64,000 nt of DNA from a bacterium (GTDB lineage: Bacteria > RBG-13-61-14 > DATKZS01). The notes under the pieces are model-generated. The model saw nothing but the letters and a program-made list of their open reading frames with translations, searched no databases and was not told the DNA's origin. Made by a program: the position numbers and the translations under genes. The stretch is taken from the NCBI GenBank assembly GCA_963674965.2, contig CAXXFL010000001.1:1472001-1536000 (forward strand). The letters are read 5' to 3'. Shown here one piece after another: positions 11,145 through 21,287 of this stretch (position 1 is its first letter; every line of letters begins with the position of its first letter).

Positions 11145-12719
11145 ATGTCTGGGATCAACTATCATGAACTTCTCGAGCAAAAGGCCAAGGCGCTCGGCGA
11201 CAAGACTTTTCTCATCTTCGAGGACGAGAGGATAAGCTACGCCGAGATGGACCGGCGCTCGAACCGCTTCGGTCACGCCCTGGCCAAGCTGGGCGCGGGT
11301 CCGGGCGTGGGCGTGGCCAACATGATACCGAACTCGCCCGAGACGCTTTACGCTCATTTCGGAATTCAGAAGATCGGGGCCTACTCGGTGCCGGTCAACA
11401 CGGAGTTAAAGGGCGACCACCTGGCGTATATCCTTGACCACTCGGACGCCAAGATAATCCTTACCAATCAGGACCTCTATCCCAATTACCGCAAGGTCAA
11501 GGAGCAATGCCCGAAGCTGGAAAAGGTGGCCGTCAGTCTTCGCGAGGCGGACCCCATTTTAAAGGTCCGGCCGGGGGTGCAGGTAATGCAGGACTGGCTC
11601 CAAAACGAGTCGCCCGAGCGGCCGGCCTTGCAAAGCCGGGAGGGGGACGTGGCGCTTATCATGTACACCTCGGGAACCACGGGCCGGGCCAAGGGCGTCG
11701 TATACCGCTTCGGCAAGCTGGGCCTCGAGCGGCTGGGCCTGGCGGCCAAGGTTTTCTACAAGCCCGAGGACGTGCTTTTCACCGTGCTTCCCCTTTTCCA
11801 CGCCAACGCCCTTTACGTTACCCTTCCCACCGTCCTCTGGGCCGAGGCCACCATGGCGGTGGGAAGGAAATTCTCGGCCAGCCGCTTCTGGGACGACGCG
11901 AGAGATGCGGGCGCCACCGAGTTCAACGCCCTGGGCGCCATGATCCCCATCCTCATGAAGCAGCCCGAGCGTCCGGACGACGCGGACAACCCGGTCCGTC
12001 TGGTGCTCTCCGCCGCCTGTCCCGCGGCGTTGTGGCAAAAGTTCGAGAAGCGCTTCGGTCTCAAAATCTACGAGTTCTACGGGGCCGTGGACGGAGGCGG
12101 CAACGCGGTTTTCAACCTGGGCAACGCGCCGGTGGGAAGCATCGGCAAGATGCCCCGCCCAAACGCCAGGGTGGTGGACGAGGCGGGCGCCGACGTTCCC
12201 GCCAACGTTCCTGGCGAGCTGGTCTTCAAGATCGAGGACAAGGAAAAGCCCGTCGAGTATTACAAGAACGAGGAGGCCACCAGCGAGAAGCAAAGGGACG
12301 GCTACCTTCACACTGGTGACCTGGTTTATTACGACGACAAGGATTTCCTGTATTTCGTTGACCGCAAAAGCGACAACATGAGGCGGCGGGGCGAGAACGT
12401 CTCGAGCTACGAGGTGGAGCGGACGGTCGAGAAGTTTCCCTCGGTTTTGGAGGCCGCGGCCTTCGCCATTGCCTCCGAAATCGGGGAGGACGACGTGATG
12501 GTGGCGGTGGTCCCGAGGCCGGGGGAGGAGGTTGACCCCGAGGCGCTCTACGACTTTTGCCGCGAGGAAATGCCCAGATACATGATCCCCCGCTATATAA
12601 GGGTCGTGCCCTCCTTCGAGAAAACCGAGACCCATCGCGTGGTCAAGGGCCCGCTCCGCGAGGAGGGAGTAACCCCCGATACCTGGGACGAAGAGAAAGC
12701 TCGGGGCCGGAGAAAATAA
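11145..12719 (+). CDS. AMP-binding acyl-CoA synthetase (CaiC-like ATP-dependent CoA ligase)
   Basis: YTSGTTGRAKG, LPLFHANA, FSASRFWD, HTGDL, RRRGENVSSYEVE. Start chosen after the GGAGGGG RBS. Confidence 0.9.
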   Translation: MSGINYHELLEQKAKALGDKTFLIFEDERISYAEMDRRSNRFGHALAKLGAGPGVGVANMIPNSPETLYAHFGIQKIGAYSVPVNTELKGDHLAYILDHSDAKIILTNQDLYPNYRKVKEQCPKLEKVAVSLREADPILKVRPGVQVMQDWLQNESPERPALQSREGDVALIMYTSGTTGRAKGVVYRFGKLGLERLGLAAKVFYKPEDVLFTVLPLFHANALYVTLPTVLWAEATMAVGRKFSASRFWDDARDAGATEFNALGAMIPILMKQPERPDDADNPVRLVLSAACPAALWQKFEKRFGLKIYEFYGAVDGGGNAVFNLGNAPVGSIGKMPRPNARVVDEAGADVPANVPGELVFKIEDKEKPVEYYKNEEATSEKQRDGYLHTGDLVYYDDKDFLYFVDRKSDNMRRRGENVSSYEVERTVEKFPSVLEAAAFAIASEIGEDDVMVAVVPRPGEEVDPEALYDFCREEMPRYMIPRYIRVVPSFEKTETHRVVKGPLREEGVTPDTWDEEKARGRRK

Positions 12720-12736
12720 TCGGCGATACAAATCGG

Positions 12737-13207
12737 TTATTGGTTGATCACCTGGTTGAACTTCTCGCGGATGGTATCCGCGTGCCGCCGGGTGTCGTCG
12801 GACAAGGTTGACAACATCCGCTTCAGGTCCTCGCCGTCATCTTCATAAACCTCGAAGATCATGCTCTCGATGGCTCGGGCCTCAAGCTCGAGGGCCGTGG
12901 AAAGGGCTTCCCCCGCGGAAATTTCCTCGCGCCTCGCGTAGTCGAGATAATCGCCCAGAGATTTTATAGCCGCCTCCACCTCTTGCCGGCGAAAGGGACG
13001 GGCCACGCTTTTGATTCCCTTCTTGTCCATCAAGCCTCTGAAATTCCTCACCAGGAAGGCGTGGGTCCTCTCCTCCGTGGAAAGGGCGCGCCAAAAGGCC
13101 TCGTGCTCGGGTATCTTCTGAGCGTAAACTTCATAAAGGTGGGCCAGACCTATCTCGTGCTTCTCCAAAAGCTCGGCCGCCTCCAACCGCTCGACGTTGT
13201 CCGTCAT
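12737..13207 (-). CDS. Ferritin/rubrerythrin-like four-helix protein
   Basis: E...LY...FW..L..EERTH, then ALELE...DTRRH, resembling a partly degenerate diiron ExxH pattern. Confidence 0.65.
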   Translation of the reverse strand: MTDNVERLEAAELLEKHEIGLAHLYEVYAQKIPEHEAFWRALSTEERTHAFLVRNFRGLMDKKGIKSVARPFRRQEVEAAIKSLGDYLDYARREEISAGEALSTALELEARAIESMIFEVYEDDGEDLKRMLSTLSDDTRRHADTIREKFNQVINQ

Positions 13208-13255
13208 GATTGGACCCCTTAATTTTTCAGTGTACAGATTCAAAACGCGGAGTAA

Positions 13256-14236
13256 TTATTCCACGCCTTCCGCCTCGTCCGCTCCGGTCAGTTCCATGAC
13301 CCTCGAGACCAGTTCGTGAAAACCCCGGTCGGTCATAAGGCCGCTTATGTCCTGGGTCTCGATCTTTCTCAAGATTTCGGGATTGTTCATCATTTCCCTT
13401 ACCTCGGGGTCTTGCCGTATTTCCTCGATGCCCTGGCCCAGCCGGGCGATGCCGTCCGCCGCCTTGCGCATGAGGTCTTCCGCGTCGTCCTCCGAGTCGA
13501 CCAGTCCCAGTTCCCTTCCCCGCTCGAGAAGGTCCTCATCCTCGAGGACCTTGCGCAGGGCGTCGCTTCTCATGATCTTTTCCGGGTCGCCGGTTTCGAC
13601 GGCGGCTTGAAAGGCGGGGTCCGAGGCCAGGTCCTTGAACTTTGGGTCGCTCACGATCTCCTTCAGGTTGGACGCGGTCCGGGCGGGGTCGCTCACCGCC
13701 GCGGACAGGGCACGGGACGCGTTTTCGTCCTTGATCAATTTCTTGGCCATGGCGTAGCTGCCCTTCTCGATCACCGCCGAGGAGGCCTTGCCCGCCGCGC
13801 TTTGGCTTAAGTCGGGCAGCTTCTCGCCCGCCGGCGAGAACTGGGCCATGTTGTAAACCCAGATGCAAAGGACGGCCATGACCGCGCCGACGGCCGCGCC
13901 CGCCACGCCTCCCATCCACTTGTCAACCGGGTTGACGCTATCCTCGCCCTTTTCCTTGATGCTCTTTTTCCTTCTTCGATTAACCATGAAGGATAAAACG
14001 GAAAAAATAAGATATAAGGGCAAAAACGCTGCCAGGCCCCCCAGGGCGTAGGCCCCCACCCGAGGCACGTTAAAAAAATGCTCGATCATGAGGCCGATGG
14101 GCTTGAAGGTAACGTAGGCGAAAACGTAGGCCAGGATAAGGCCGCCTACGCTTATGGCGGTCACGAGAACGCCGCGCCGGTAACCCCGGTAAAAGAAAAG
14201 GGCGATCAGGATGATGGCGAAAAGGTTTGCCGGCAT
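13256..14236 (-). CDS. CvpA-family membrane protein with a long soluble helical C-terminal extension
   Basis: GYRRG after TM1, DKWMGGVAGAAVG before TM4 (CvpA pattern); GGAGG RBS. Confidence 0.75.
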   Translation of the reverse strand: MPANLFAIILIALFFYRGYRRGVLVTAISVGGLILAYVFAYVTFKPIGLMIEHFFNVPRVGAYALGGLAAFLPLYLIFSVLSFMVNRRRKKSIKEKGEDSVNPVDKWMGGVAGAAVGAVMAVLCIWVYNMAQFSPAGEKLPDLSQSAAGKASSAVIEKGSYAMAKKLIKDENASRALSAAVSDPARTASNLKEIVSDPKFKDLASDPAFQAAVETGDPEKIMRSDALRKVLEDEDLLERGRELGLVDSEDDAEDLMRKAADGIARLGQGIEEIRQDPEVREMMNNPEILRKIETQDISGLMTDRGFHELVSRVMELTGADEAEGVE

Positions 14237-14302
14237 GAACCAAGGACCTCCGTTTCAAGTAATCAGAAAATATCATTTTCCGAGAATAAAGGAAAGAGCG
14301 AG

Positions 14303-14337
14303 AAAAAAAAACAAGGACGCGGAGTTCCGCGCCCTTG
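14303..14337 (-). terminator. Rho-independent terminator closing the nitrogen/glutamate synthase operon
   Basis: Minus strand CAAGGGCGCGGA-AC-TCCGCGTCCTTG followed by a run of 9 T, 23 bp after the stop at 14361. Confidence 0.85.
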
Positions 14338-14360
14338 CCGCCAATTGCCTAGGATAAATT

Positions 14361-16970
14361 TTACTCGGGGACCTGTTTCTTGGCCAGGACGTCCAGCTTG
14401 ACGGCCTTGACCTTTCTGTAGACTTCGCTAAAGGACTTCTTCTCGCCGTTCACGGTTAACAGGTCGTCGACTGAAATACCGAACAATTCCTCGTTTTCCC
14501 GGAGGTAGGGAAGAATCAGGTTCCAGTCCTTTTCCGTTACCTCGGCGTACTCGCCGCCGTTTAGCTGCTCATCGGCCAGCTTCTTGTGCGGGTCGCGAAC
14601 GAATATGGCGCCGCCCGAGGCCAGGGAGAACAGGTTGGAACCCGGATATGGGTTATCAAGCTCGATCACCTTGCCCTTGTCGTCGAAGGCCATGCCGTTA
14701 AGGATTACGAACCCGCCTCCCTTGTGCGGGTCGCCGGCCATGAAGGACTCGGCCAGGTAATCCAGGCAGGTGCCGTTAATGACGACCCGGGGCCGGCCCA
14801 CCGCGTTGATGAGCGGCCGGCCCGCGCCGTTGCCCATGATATAAATCTCGCCGCCCTTGCCGCCGTAAAGGAAGGCCTGGCCCACGTCGCCGAATATCAC
14901 GACCTTCCCGGACTTGGTAATCTGGCAAAGCTGGTCCTGGGCGTTGTCGTGTACCCTTATCTCGAGCCCGTCAATGCCCGAGGCCAGATAATCGCCCGAG
15001 GCCCCGTAAACGTCTATCCTGACGCCCTGGGTGTTGAGGCCCAGCCCGCAGCCGTGGAAACGCTGCCCCTTCAATCCATAGTGGATAAAGTTCTTCCAGC
15101 CAAGCTCGTAAGCCTTGACCCCCAGCCTGGCGTCGTTGTCGTCTCCCTCCGGCGGGAAGTCGCGGCCGAAGATAACCAGGGTCCGCTCCCCTTCCTTGGG
15201 CGGCCGGATCGCGCCTCGCGTCTCCCAGTCAACGCGGGCGAACTTGCCTTTGCCGCCTTCCGCGATGGAGGGGACCGAGTCCAGTATCGAGTTTATGGCC
15301 TCCCGAATCACGTGGAGGATGGCGCTCCGCCGGATCGAGCCGGGATCGTAGCGCCGGTCGTTAAGAAGGGTGAGGGCCTCGAGGCAGGCCGCCATCTCGG
15401 CGTCTCCCTTTTGCGCCGCCTTGACCAGAGCGCCCGCCAGCCATTGTACGCCGGCCAAATTCCACTTGGGGATCGCCTCGACCACCGCCGCGAAGCATTG
15501 CCTGGCGCCCTCCGAGGCGGCCTGCGCCTCGAGGGCCTTGATCAATTCCTCTCCACCCGCCGGAGCGGAAGGCTCGGACTTCGTATCGATAGCGTATTCG
15601 CCCTCGGGCGCCTCGATGATCTTGCCGAACTTATCCAGGCACCTTAACTGGGAAGACCCGTTGTTTTTATGCAGGGTAAAGGAGAAGGCCCCGCCGTCGG
15701 TATGGCTGCCGCCCCGGGCGTTCCAGTAGCGGTCGGCCACCAGCCTGAACCTCGGGTCTTCCTCATGCAGGGAGTGGAGGGTAGCGTCGATGGCCTGTTT
15801 CTCCGAGGCCACCAGCCCGATGCTCACGTCTCCCTCCTGCAGGGCGAAGACCTGGGGCCGGAGCATGGCCGTGTCGGTAATGCCCAAAAGCCGATACATG
15901 CCCTCGTCCGGTTTCGAGCGGGCGATGATGAAGAACCAGGGACCGTCGGGCGAGCCCGCCACGTGGTTGGCCTGGATGGCGCCGTAGACTTTTTGTTTCT
16001 CCGGCGGGAGTTGGTCGAAGTCGTGCTCGCTGGTGGGGGCCATGGCCTCGATGACGTACTCGAGGGGGTATCCGTATGTCCTTCTCCACAGGTCGAAAAG
16101 CTGGACCGAGACCTCGGTGTCCGTCAGGAACTGAGGAGATATGTTATGGCGGCGAAGATATTCCGACACGCTGTAGTAATTGGCAAAGTCGCCGTTATGC
16201 ACCAGGGCCTCGTTCATGCCCATGAAGGGATGGGAACCGGCGGGATGCCACACGCGTCCCTTCGTGGGGTAGCGCTGATGGGCGATCCAGACGTGGGCCT
16301 TGAAGTCCTCGAGACCGTAATACTGCACCACGTGCTCGGCGTAGCCCACCACCTTGAAGATCATAAGGTCGCGGCCGTGGGACATGACGAAGGCCCGCTT
16401 GTCGCCCAGGGCCGAGTAATACTTGAGGTTCAGCCGGGCCGTGTTCTGGTAGACGAACTCGTCCTCAACCTCGCGGCCGGTGGCTTCCTCGATCCCGTTC
16501 TCGGAGGCGAACCTGGAGAGGACCTCATCCTTGACGCGAACGAAATAGCGGGCCAGGTCCGGCGGCTTAACCGGCATGCCCAATTCTTGCCAGTCGGTCA
16601 CTCCCGTAAGTTCCGCCTTGTGGTCGATATTGAAAAAGGGCTCGATAAACTCGGCCTCGACTTCGCCCTTGGCGGATGGATCGAGCAGGGCGATCTGGAG
16701 GATGTAGTCGTTTTTCAAGGTATCCGCCTCCACGCCGAGCTGCTCGGGGTCGTGACAGGCGCAGGCAATGCCGCCGCCTTTTCCGTTGCCCCGGTTGTGC
16801 ATCTGGATGGAAGGCTCGAAGATATGTCGGCCACCCACCGGCACGCTCGAGGCGAAGCCCACCACGCCGCATCCGCCCTCTTCGGACTCCTTGCGGATGG
16901 GTCCTTGTTGAAGCAGTCCGCGCCGCGAGTCGATAAGGCGCCTCATCAGTGTTTCCCTATCTATTGCCAT
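14361..16970 (-). CDS. Glutamate synthase-type subunit: Ntn amidotransferase domain plus GXGXG beta-helix domain
   Basis: EGG/CGVVG Ntn nucleophile after a propeptide, AHQRYPT, HPF, VHNGD, TDTE; C-terminal GASGDYLASG, GDVGQAF.YG.KGG, DYLAESFMAG. Confidence 0.88.
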   Translation of the reverse strand: MAIDRETLMRRLIDSRRGLLQQGPIRKESEEGGCGVVGFASSVPVGGRHIFEPSIQMHNRGNGKGGGIACACHDPEQLGVEADTLKNDYILQIALLDPSAKGEVEAEFIEPFFNIDHKAELTGVTDWQELGMPVKPPDLARYFVRVKDEVLSRFASENGIEEATGREVEDEFVYQNTARLNLKYYSALGDKRAFVMSHGRDLMIFKVVGYAEHVVQYYGLEDFKAHVWIAHQRYPTKGRVWHPAGSHPFMGMNEALVHNGDFANYYSVSEYLRRHNISPQFLTDTEVSVQLFDLWRRTYGYPLEYVIEAMAPTSEHDFDQLPPEKQKVYGAIQANHVAGSPDGPWFFIIARSKPDEGMYRLLGITDTAMLRPQVFALQEGDVSIGLVASEKQAIDATLHSLHEEDPRFRLVADRYWNARGGSHTDGGAFSFTLHKNNGSSQLRCLDKFGKIIEAPEGEYAIDTKSEPSAPAGGEELIKALEAQAASEGARQCFAAVVEAIPKWNLAGVQWLAGALVKAAQKGDAEMAACLEALTLLNDRRYDPGSIRRSAILHVIREAINSILDSVPSIAEGGKGKFARVDWETRGAIRPPKEGERTLVIFGRDFPPEGDDNDARLGVKAYELGWKNFIHYGLKGQRFHGCGLGLNTQGVRIDVYGASGDYLASGIDGLEIRVHDNAQDQLCQITKSGKVVIFGDVGQAFLYGGKGGEIYIMGNGAGRPLINAVGRPRVVINGTCLDYLAESFMAGDPHKGGGFVILNGMAFDDKGKVIELDNPYPGSNLFSLASGGAIFVRDPHKKLADEQLNGGEYAEVTEKDWNLILPYLRENEELFGISVDDLLTVNGEKKSFSEVYRKVKAVKLDVLAKKQVPE

Positions 16971-17018
16971 CTTGATATCCTCATGAAATTAATTAGTTAA
17001 GCGTTTTATCTCTCGCCG

Positions 17019-20009
17019 TCAGGCGCTCTTTTCAGCGTAATCGAGATGGGTCAGAAGATCGGTTCTTCCCACCAGTTCCTTCACGCTCTTCATTCCCAGG
17101 CGCCACAGTATCTCCTGAAGCTGGAGGCACCAGGAGTGAAAGAGGTTTATAAGCCTTTGCGATCCCCAGACAGAGTCGTAGGCCAGGGACAGCTCGCTGT
17201 CGGTGGTGGCTATGCCGCGGGGACAGCCTCTTCCGCTCTCGCAGTTGCCGCAGCGGATGCACTCGAGGGCCACCATCTCGGCCGTTCCGATCACGGCCCC
17301 GTCGGCGCCCAGGGCGATGGCCTTGGCCAGGTCCCAGGCCGTGCGTATGCCGCCCGAGGCGATAAGGGTCATCTTGTCCCTAATGCCCTCCTCGACCAGG
17401 AAGTTGTGGACCTTGGGTATGGCGTACTCGATGGGCATGGCGATGTTCTTCTTGGCGATGTCCGGCGCCGCGCCCGTGCCGCCGTAGCTGCCGTCGATGT
17501 GGATGATGTGGGCCCCCGCGTAGTAGCTTCCCACCGCCACCATGTCCACGTCGGTGGGCGTGCTGACCTTGACCGACACCAGGGCTTTCGGGTTAACGTG
17601 CTTGATCCAGTCCACGTGTTTCTTGTGGTCCTCGACCGAGTAGACCGAGTGGAAGGGGAAAGGCGAGAACAGGGCGCTGCCCTCGACGGCCTCCCTCATT
17701 TTGGCCACCGCCGGGGTGACCTTGTCCCCCAGAAGGTGGCCGCCCAGGCCCGGCTTGGCGCCCTGGGCGTACTTGAACTCGACTATCTTCACCCGCTGGA
17801 TCGTGTCCTCCCTGACCCCGAAAAGACCGGTGGCCACCTGGGTGATCACGTTGTCGTCATAATGCTTGAGTGCGTCTGGATAGCCGCCCTCCCCGGTGCA
17901 GGTGAAGGAGTTGAAAGCCTTCCAGGCCCGGGCCCGGCTGACCATGGTCGCCAGACTGATCGAGCCGAAGCTCATGCCCCCGCCGTAAACCGGGAAGCCG
18001 ATGGACACCTCGGGGCGGCCGTCGTCGCCTCTCCGGTTGAGAGGTATCTCGAGGTCCACGTCCTCGGGCTTGAAACCGGGACCGGAAGACCCCTCGGGGA
18101 AAACCAGGTCGATACGGTCGAACCCTCCGCCCGACTGGCCCACCTTGTACTCGAGGCCGGAGTCTTTGGGCGGCAAGCCCGTCTCGGCCTGGAGCCAGGT
18201 GGCGGAGATGAGGTCCGCCGTCCAGCGCGGGTCGCCGAAGGTTTTCCAAAGCGGGTTTTCTCCAACCCAGATGGCCGACTCGGGACAGGCGTCCACGCAA
18301 AGCGAGCCTAGTTCCCGGCAGGTAGAGGCCCCCCGGCAAAGGTGCTCCTTGGGCCGGAGAAGCCGGCCGGCCTCGAATACCAGGGCCTCGTATTTGCACG
18401 CCTCGACGCATTTGCCGCACTCGGTGCATTTATCGTTTACCACCACGCGGTACTTGGCCAGGTAATTTCTATAACGAGAGCGGCAAAAGCTCGCGAAGGC
18501 CTCGGCGCCCTTGTATTTCCAAGCCTCGATGGCGGGCGGCTCGGGCGCGGGAGGTTCCTTTTTCGACTCCTGGCGGGTCTTGGCGTCCCATCCGGGGTTC
18601 CCGGAGGGAGGATCGTAGTGGTCCCGCTTTCCGAAGATGGGCGCGAAGCTCTCGTTCTCGAGGTCCTTGAAGAACATGGCCCTGCCGACCTCGCCCCTGA
18701 GTCTCCTGACCTCGCGAAGGCCCATGGCCCCCATGACCTCGATAAGCTGGCTGTGCCAGGACCCCAAAAGGTTCACTATCCTTTGGGCGCCCCAGTTCTC
18801 GTCCATTTCCCCGAGAGTGACCGGGCACTCGGCCTGTTCCTCACAGTCCACGCACATGCGGCACTCGAGGGCAACGATGGGCGCCAGCTCGACGGCCGCC
18901 GCGTCAACCCCGCAGATGATGATCTTGGCCAGGTGCTCGGCCAGGGCTATCCCGCCGGTCAGTATCAAGCTGACCGACCCGCGGGCGTTGTCCTCGACCA
19001 GCCGAAGATGTATCTCACGCGTCATGTCGATAACGAACTCTTCTTCTTTCTCGCCAAAGCCCTTGCCCTTGGGGGTAGCGTGAAGATGGATAACGTCGGC
19101 CCCGCCCGAGGCCAAAGCCGAAGCCCTGTCCGCGGCCTTCTCGTCCAGCTCGAGCCTGATCGACACGACCATGCCGGGATGGGCTTCCTTGATCTTCGCG
19201 GCCTCATCGAGTACGCCGTCCGAGTAAAGAAGCTCGGCCATGCGCGCTCCCGCCAGGTCGGCCGCGTCGTCCCGGGCCGGATCGAAGCGCACGATCAGGC
19301 GGTCTTTCAAGTCCGACAGCGCGCCCCCGGCCTCGGCCGCGGTCGCCACCGCCAACGAGCCCAGCTTGCCGGCGGCGATGGCCATGGCCCTTCTCGCGCT
19401 CTCGCCCAGATGCCGGGACTGAGGGTCCGGCGGCGCGTCGATGACGGCGGGAAAGGAAATCGCGCAAAGGGGAGGCGGGTCCTGGGCCAGGTTGCCCTTC
19501 TCGTCAAAGGACAGGCGCCCGGGCTTTCTTCCCAGCTCGACCAGGGTCGAGATATACTCGCGGCCGTGGATGCCGTCGCGGGTGGGCCGCACGATCTCGG
19601 ACATGTCGGTCCACATCCTGTCGAAACCCGGCCCGCAAAAGGGCCCCCTGTAGCCGGCGCCGGAGACGGGAATCTTGCCCGTGCCCGCCTGTTTCCAGAC
19701 GCGGTCGATAATATCGGGGGTCCAGTAGTCGTCGCCCAGTCTTTCCCATCTGGGATTTAGGGAGCGGGAGAATATGTTGTTCTTGCATTCCTGCACGCAC
19801 CTCATGCAGTTAATGCACATGTTGTCTCCCGTGTCCTGCATCTGGAGGGGATCGAAGGATTTTTTTCTGTAAACTCCGTAGACGCAGGCCGTGTACTTAA
19901 CGCATCTTCTGCATCCGTAACACCTGGTGATCTCGAAGCTCGCGTACTTCGAGATGGGCGAGAACCGGGGAGGAGCCTCTTTAACGCTGACATGATACTT
20001 CTTTGGCAT
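17019..20009 (-). CDS. Glutamate synthase-type FMN/Fe-S subunit with two tandem ferredoxin + FMN-barrel modules
   Basis: C-half has MSFGSIS, TGEGG, QVATGLFGV, KYAQGAKPGLGGHL, SGGIRT, CIRCGNC...C. N-half has CYGCRRC, CINCMRCVQEC, TGGI..AEHLAK, CRMCVDC, MGAMGLREVRRLRG. Confidence 0.88.
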   Translation of the reverse strand: MPKKYHVSVKEAPPRFSPISKYASFEITRCYGCRRCVKYTACVYGVYRKKSFDPLQMQDTGDNMCINCMRCVQECKNNIFSRSLNPRWERLGDDYWTPDIIDRVWKQAGTGKIPVSGAGYRGPFCGPGFDRMWTDMSEIVRPTRDGIHGREYISTLVELGRKPGRLSFDEKGNLAQDPPPLCAISFPAVIDAPPDPQSRHLGESARRAMAIAAGKLGSLAVATAAEAGGALSDLKDRLIVRFDPARDDAADLAGARMAELLYSDGVLDEAAKIKEAHPGMVVSIRLELDEKAADRASALASGGADVIHLHATPKGKGFGEKEEEFVIDMTREIHLRLVEDNARGSVSLILTGGIALAEHLAKIIICGVDAAAVELAPIVALECRMCVDCEEQAECPVTLGEMDENWGAQRIVNLLGSWHSQLIEVMGAMGLREVRRLRGEVGRAMFFKDLENESFAPIFGKRDHYDPPSGNPGWDAKTRQESKKEPPAPEPPAIEAWKYKGAEAFASFCRSRYRNYLAKYRVVVNDKCTECGKCVEACKYEALVFEAGRLLRPKEHLCRGASTCRELGSLCVDACPESAIWVGENPLWKTFGDPRWTADLISATWLQAETGLPPKDSGLEYKVGQSGGGFDRIDLVFPEGSSGPGFKPEDVDLEIPLNRRGDDGRPEVSIGFPVYGGGMSFGSISLATMVSRARAWKAFNSFTCTGEGGYPDALKHYDDNVITQVATGLFGVREDTIQRVKIVEFKYAQGAKPGLGGHLLGDKVTPAVAKMREAVEGSALFSPFPFHSVYSVEDHKKHVDWIKHVNPKALVSVKVSTPTDVDMVAVGSYYAGAHIIHIDGSYGGTGAAPDIAKKNIAMPIEYAIPKVHNFLVEEGIRDKMTLIASGGIRTAWDLAKAIALGADGAVIGTAEMVALECIRCGNCESGRGCPRGIATTDSELSLAYDSVWGSQRLINLFHSWCLQLQEILWRLGMKSVKELVGRTDLLTHLDYAEKSA

Positions 20010-20060
20010 TTTACCTCACCTGACCGTTGTTATTTTATTAACGCGGTGTTTTTCCGCGCG

Positions 20061-20504
20061 TTAGTCTTTCTTCTTCATCGGGCTGGGACCTACCTCGGCT
20101 ACGGCCGTTGCCCTTTTGCCGGCGATATCGAGGAGGTCGTCCATGGAAAGGCCGCTTCCCCTGGTCAAACCCACCCGGTCGGGACCGAACCCGATCTCGG
20201 CCAGCCGGTCCTTTACGTACTGGACCCTGGCCTTCTCCTTGGTGGCCCCTCCCAACATCCTGCATGCCTCGGGCGGACAGGTGACGACCTCGATTCCGTC
20301 CGCCCCCAGCTCGAGTATCCGGACCATGTGCCCGATCTCGATCTTGCTCGAGCAGGGCATAACGATCAGCTTGGCCTTGGCCCCGCCCGTCTTCCTGACC
20401 GCGTCCATCAATTTGACGTCCTTTTTGACGCAGTTCTGGCAGTACATGACAACGATCTCGGGCTCGAAGTCCAAGGCCGCTTTTTTAGCGCCTTTTTTCG
20501 TCAT
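20061..20504 (-). CDS. MvhD/FlpD-family iron-sulfur subunit
   Basis: IVVMYC..C, MPCSSKI, GADG...TC....C, L.EIG....RV, VGPSP match the MvhD pattern. Start after the GAGAGGAAGG RBS. Confidence 0.85.
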   Translation of the reverse strand: MTKKGAKKAALDFEPEIVVMYCQNCVKKDVKLMDAVRKTGGAKAKLIVMPCSSKIEIGHMVRILELGADGIEVVTCPPEACRMLGGATKEKARVQYVKDRLAEIGFGPDRVGLTRGSGLSMDDLLDIAGKRATAVAEVGPSPMKKKD

Positions 20505-20602
20505 TTCCTTCCTCTCAAATCCACTATTGATAACGTTTGCGGGCCGTAATATTTTTCCCCGGCCCCGCATGTCTCGCGTTGCCGCCCGCGCCTAATAGTC
20601 CC

Positions 20603-21274
20603 TTAAAGTCCGAAAAAATTCGCGAAAATGGCCTGACCGAGCCGATAGATTGCCGGCTCCAGTTCCTGGAATTCATTTAGAATGCGATCTTTTCTCCGGG
20701 AAGACGCGAACCAATTTTTTAGTATACCATAGTTAACCTCAGGGTGAAATTGTATTGCCAGGGCGTTTTTATAGCGGAAAGCCTGGCTGATTTGCCCGCC
20801 GCTCGACGCGGCCAGGACCCTCGATCCGGGAGGAGGAACGAAGCAGTCCCGGTGCCACTGGAAAGCCTTGAATTTCAAATCGAGTCCATGCAAATATTTG
20901 TCCCTTTCGCCGTCCCCGGTTAACTCGACGTCGAAAAATCCTATTTCCGTGACCGGAGACTCCTTGACCTCGCCCCCCAGGGCCTTGGCTATCATTTGAG
21001 CGCCAAGGCAGACTCCCAGTACGGGAGTTCCGCTCTCGACCGCCCTTCTTAAAAATTCCTCCTCCTTAACCAGGAAGGGAAAAATGTCGGCCTGGTGGAC
21101 GTTCATGTCACCGCCCATGGAGGCGATCGAGTCGAAACCATTAACTCCGCCGGGCAGCTCGTCGCCCGCGTAGGGTTTTTTCACGACCACGCTCGCCTTA
21201 TTCCTTTTCAGAAAATTTCCGAGTTCTCCCGGTCCGTCCGGCTCGTCGTGAAGGATGATTAACGACCTGTGCAT
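20603..21274 (-). CDS. Class I glutamine amidotransferase (GMP-synthase-like GATase1)
   Basis: MGGDM, GVCLGAQ nucleophile, QWHRD and QFHPE triad motifs. Confidence 0.88.
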   Translation of the reverse strand: MHRSLIILHDEPDGPGELGNFLKRNKASVVVKKPYAGDELPGGVNGFDSIASMGGDMNVHQADIFPFLVKEEEFLRRAVESGTPVLGVCLGAQMIAKALGGEVKESPVTEIGFFDVELTGDGERDKYLHGLDLKFKAFQWHRDCFVPPPGSRVLAASSGGQISQAFRYKNALAIQFHPEVNYGILKNWFASSRRKDRILNEFQELEPAIYRLGQAIFANFFGL

Positions 21275-21287
21275 CCCATGTCCCGGC

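Noticed and set aside
14586-19760. Long plus-strand ORFs (e.g. 14586-15647, 15669-17000, 18342-19760) and similar ones elsewhere (23076-24380, 29323-30732, 52446-54491)
   Set aside because: Antisense shadows of high-GC genes with no recognisable motifs; the opposite strand carries clear proteins.
20061-20504. Selenocysteine recoding in MvhD, Grx, FDR or Trx
   Set aside because: All expected Cys motifs are complete in uninterrupted ORFs; no in-frame TGA is needed.
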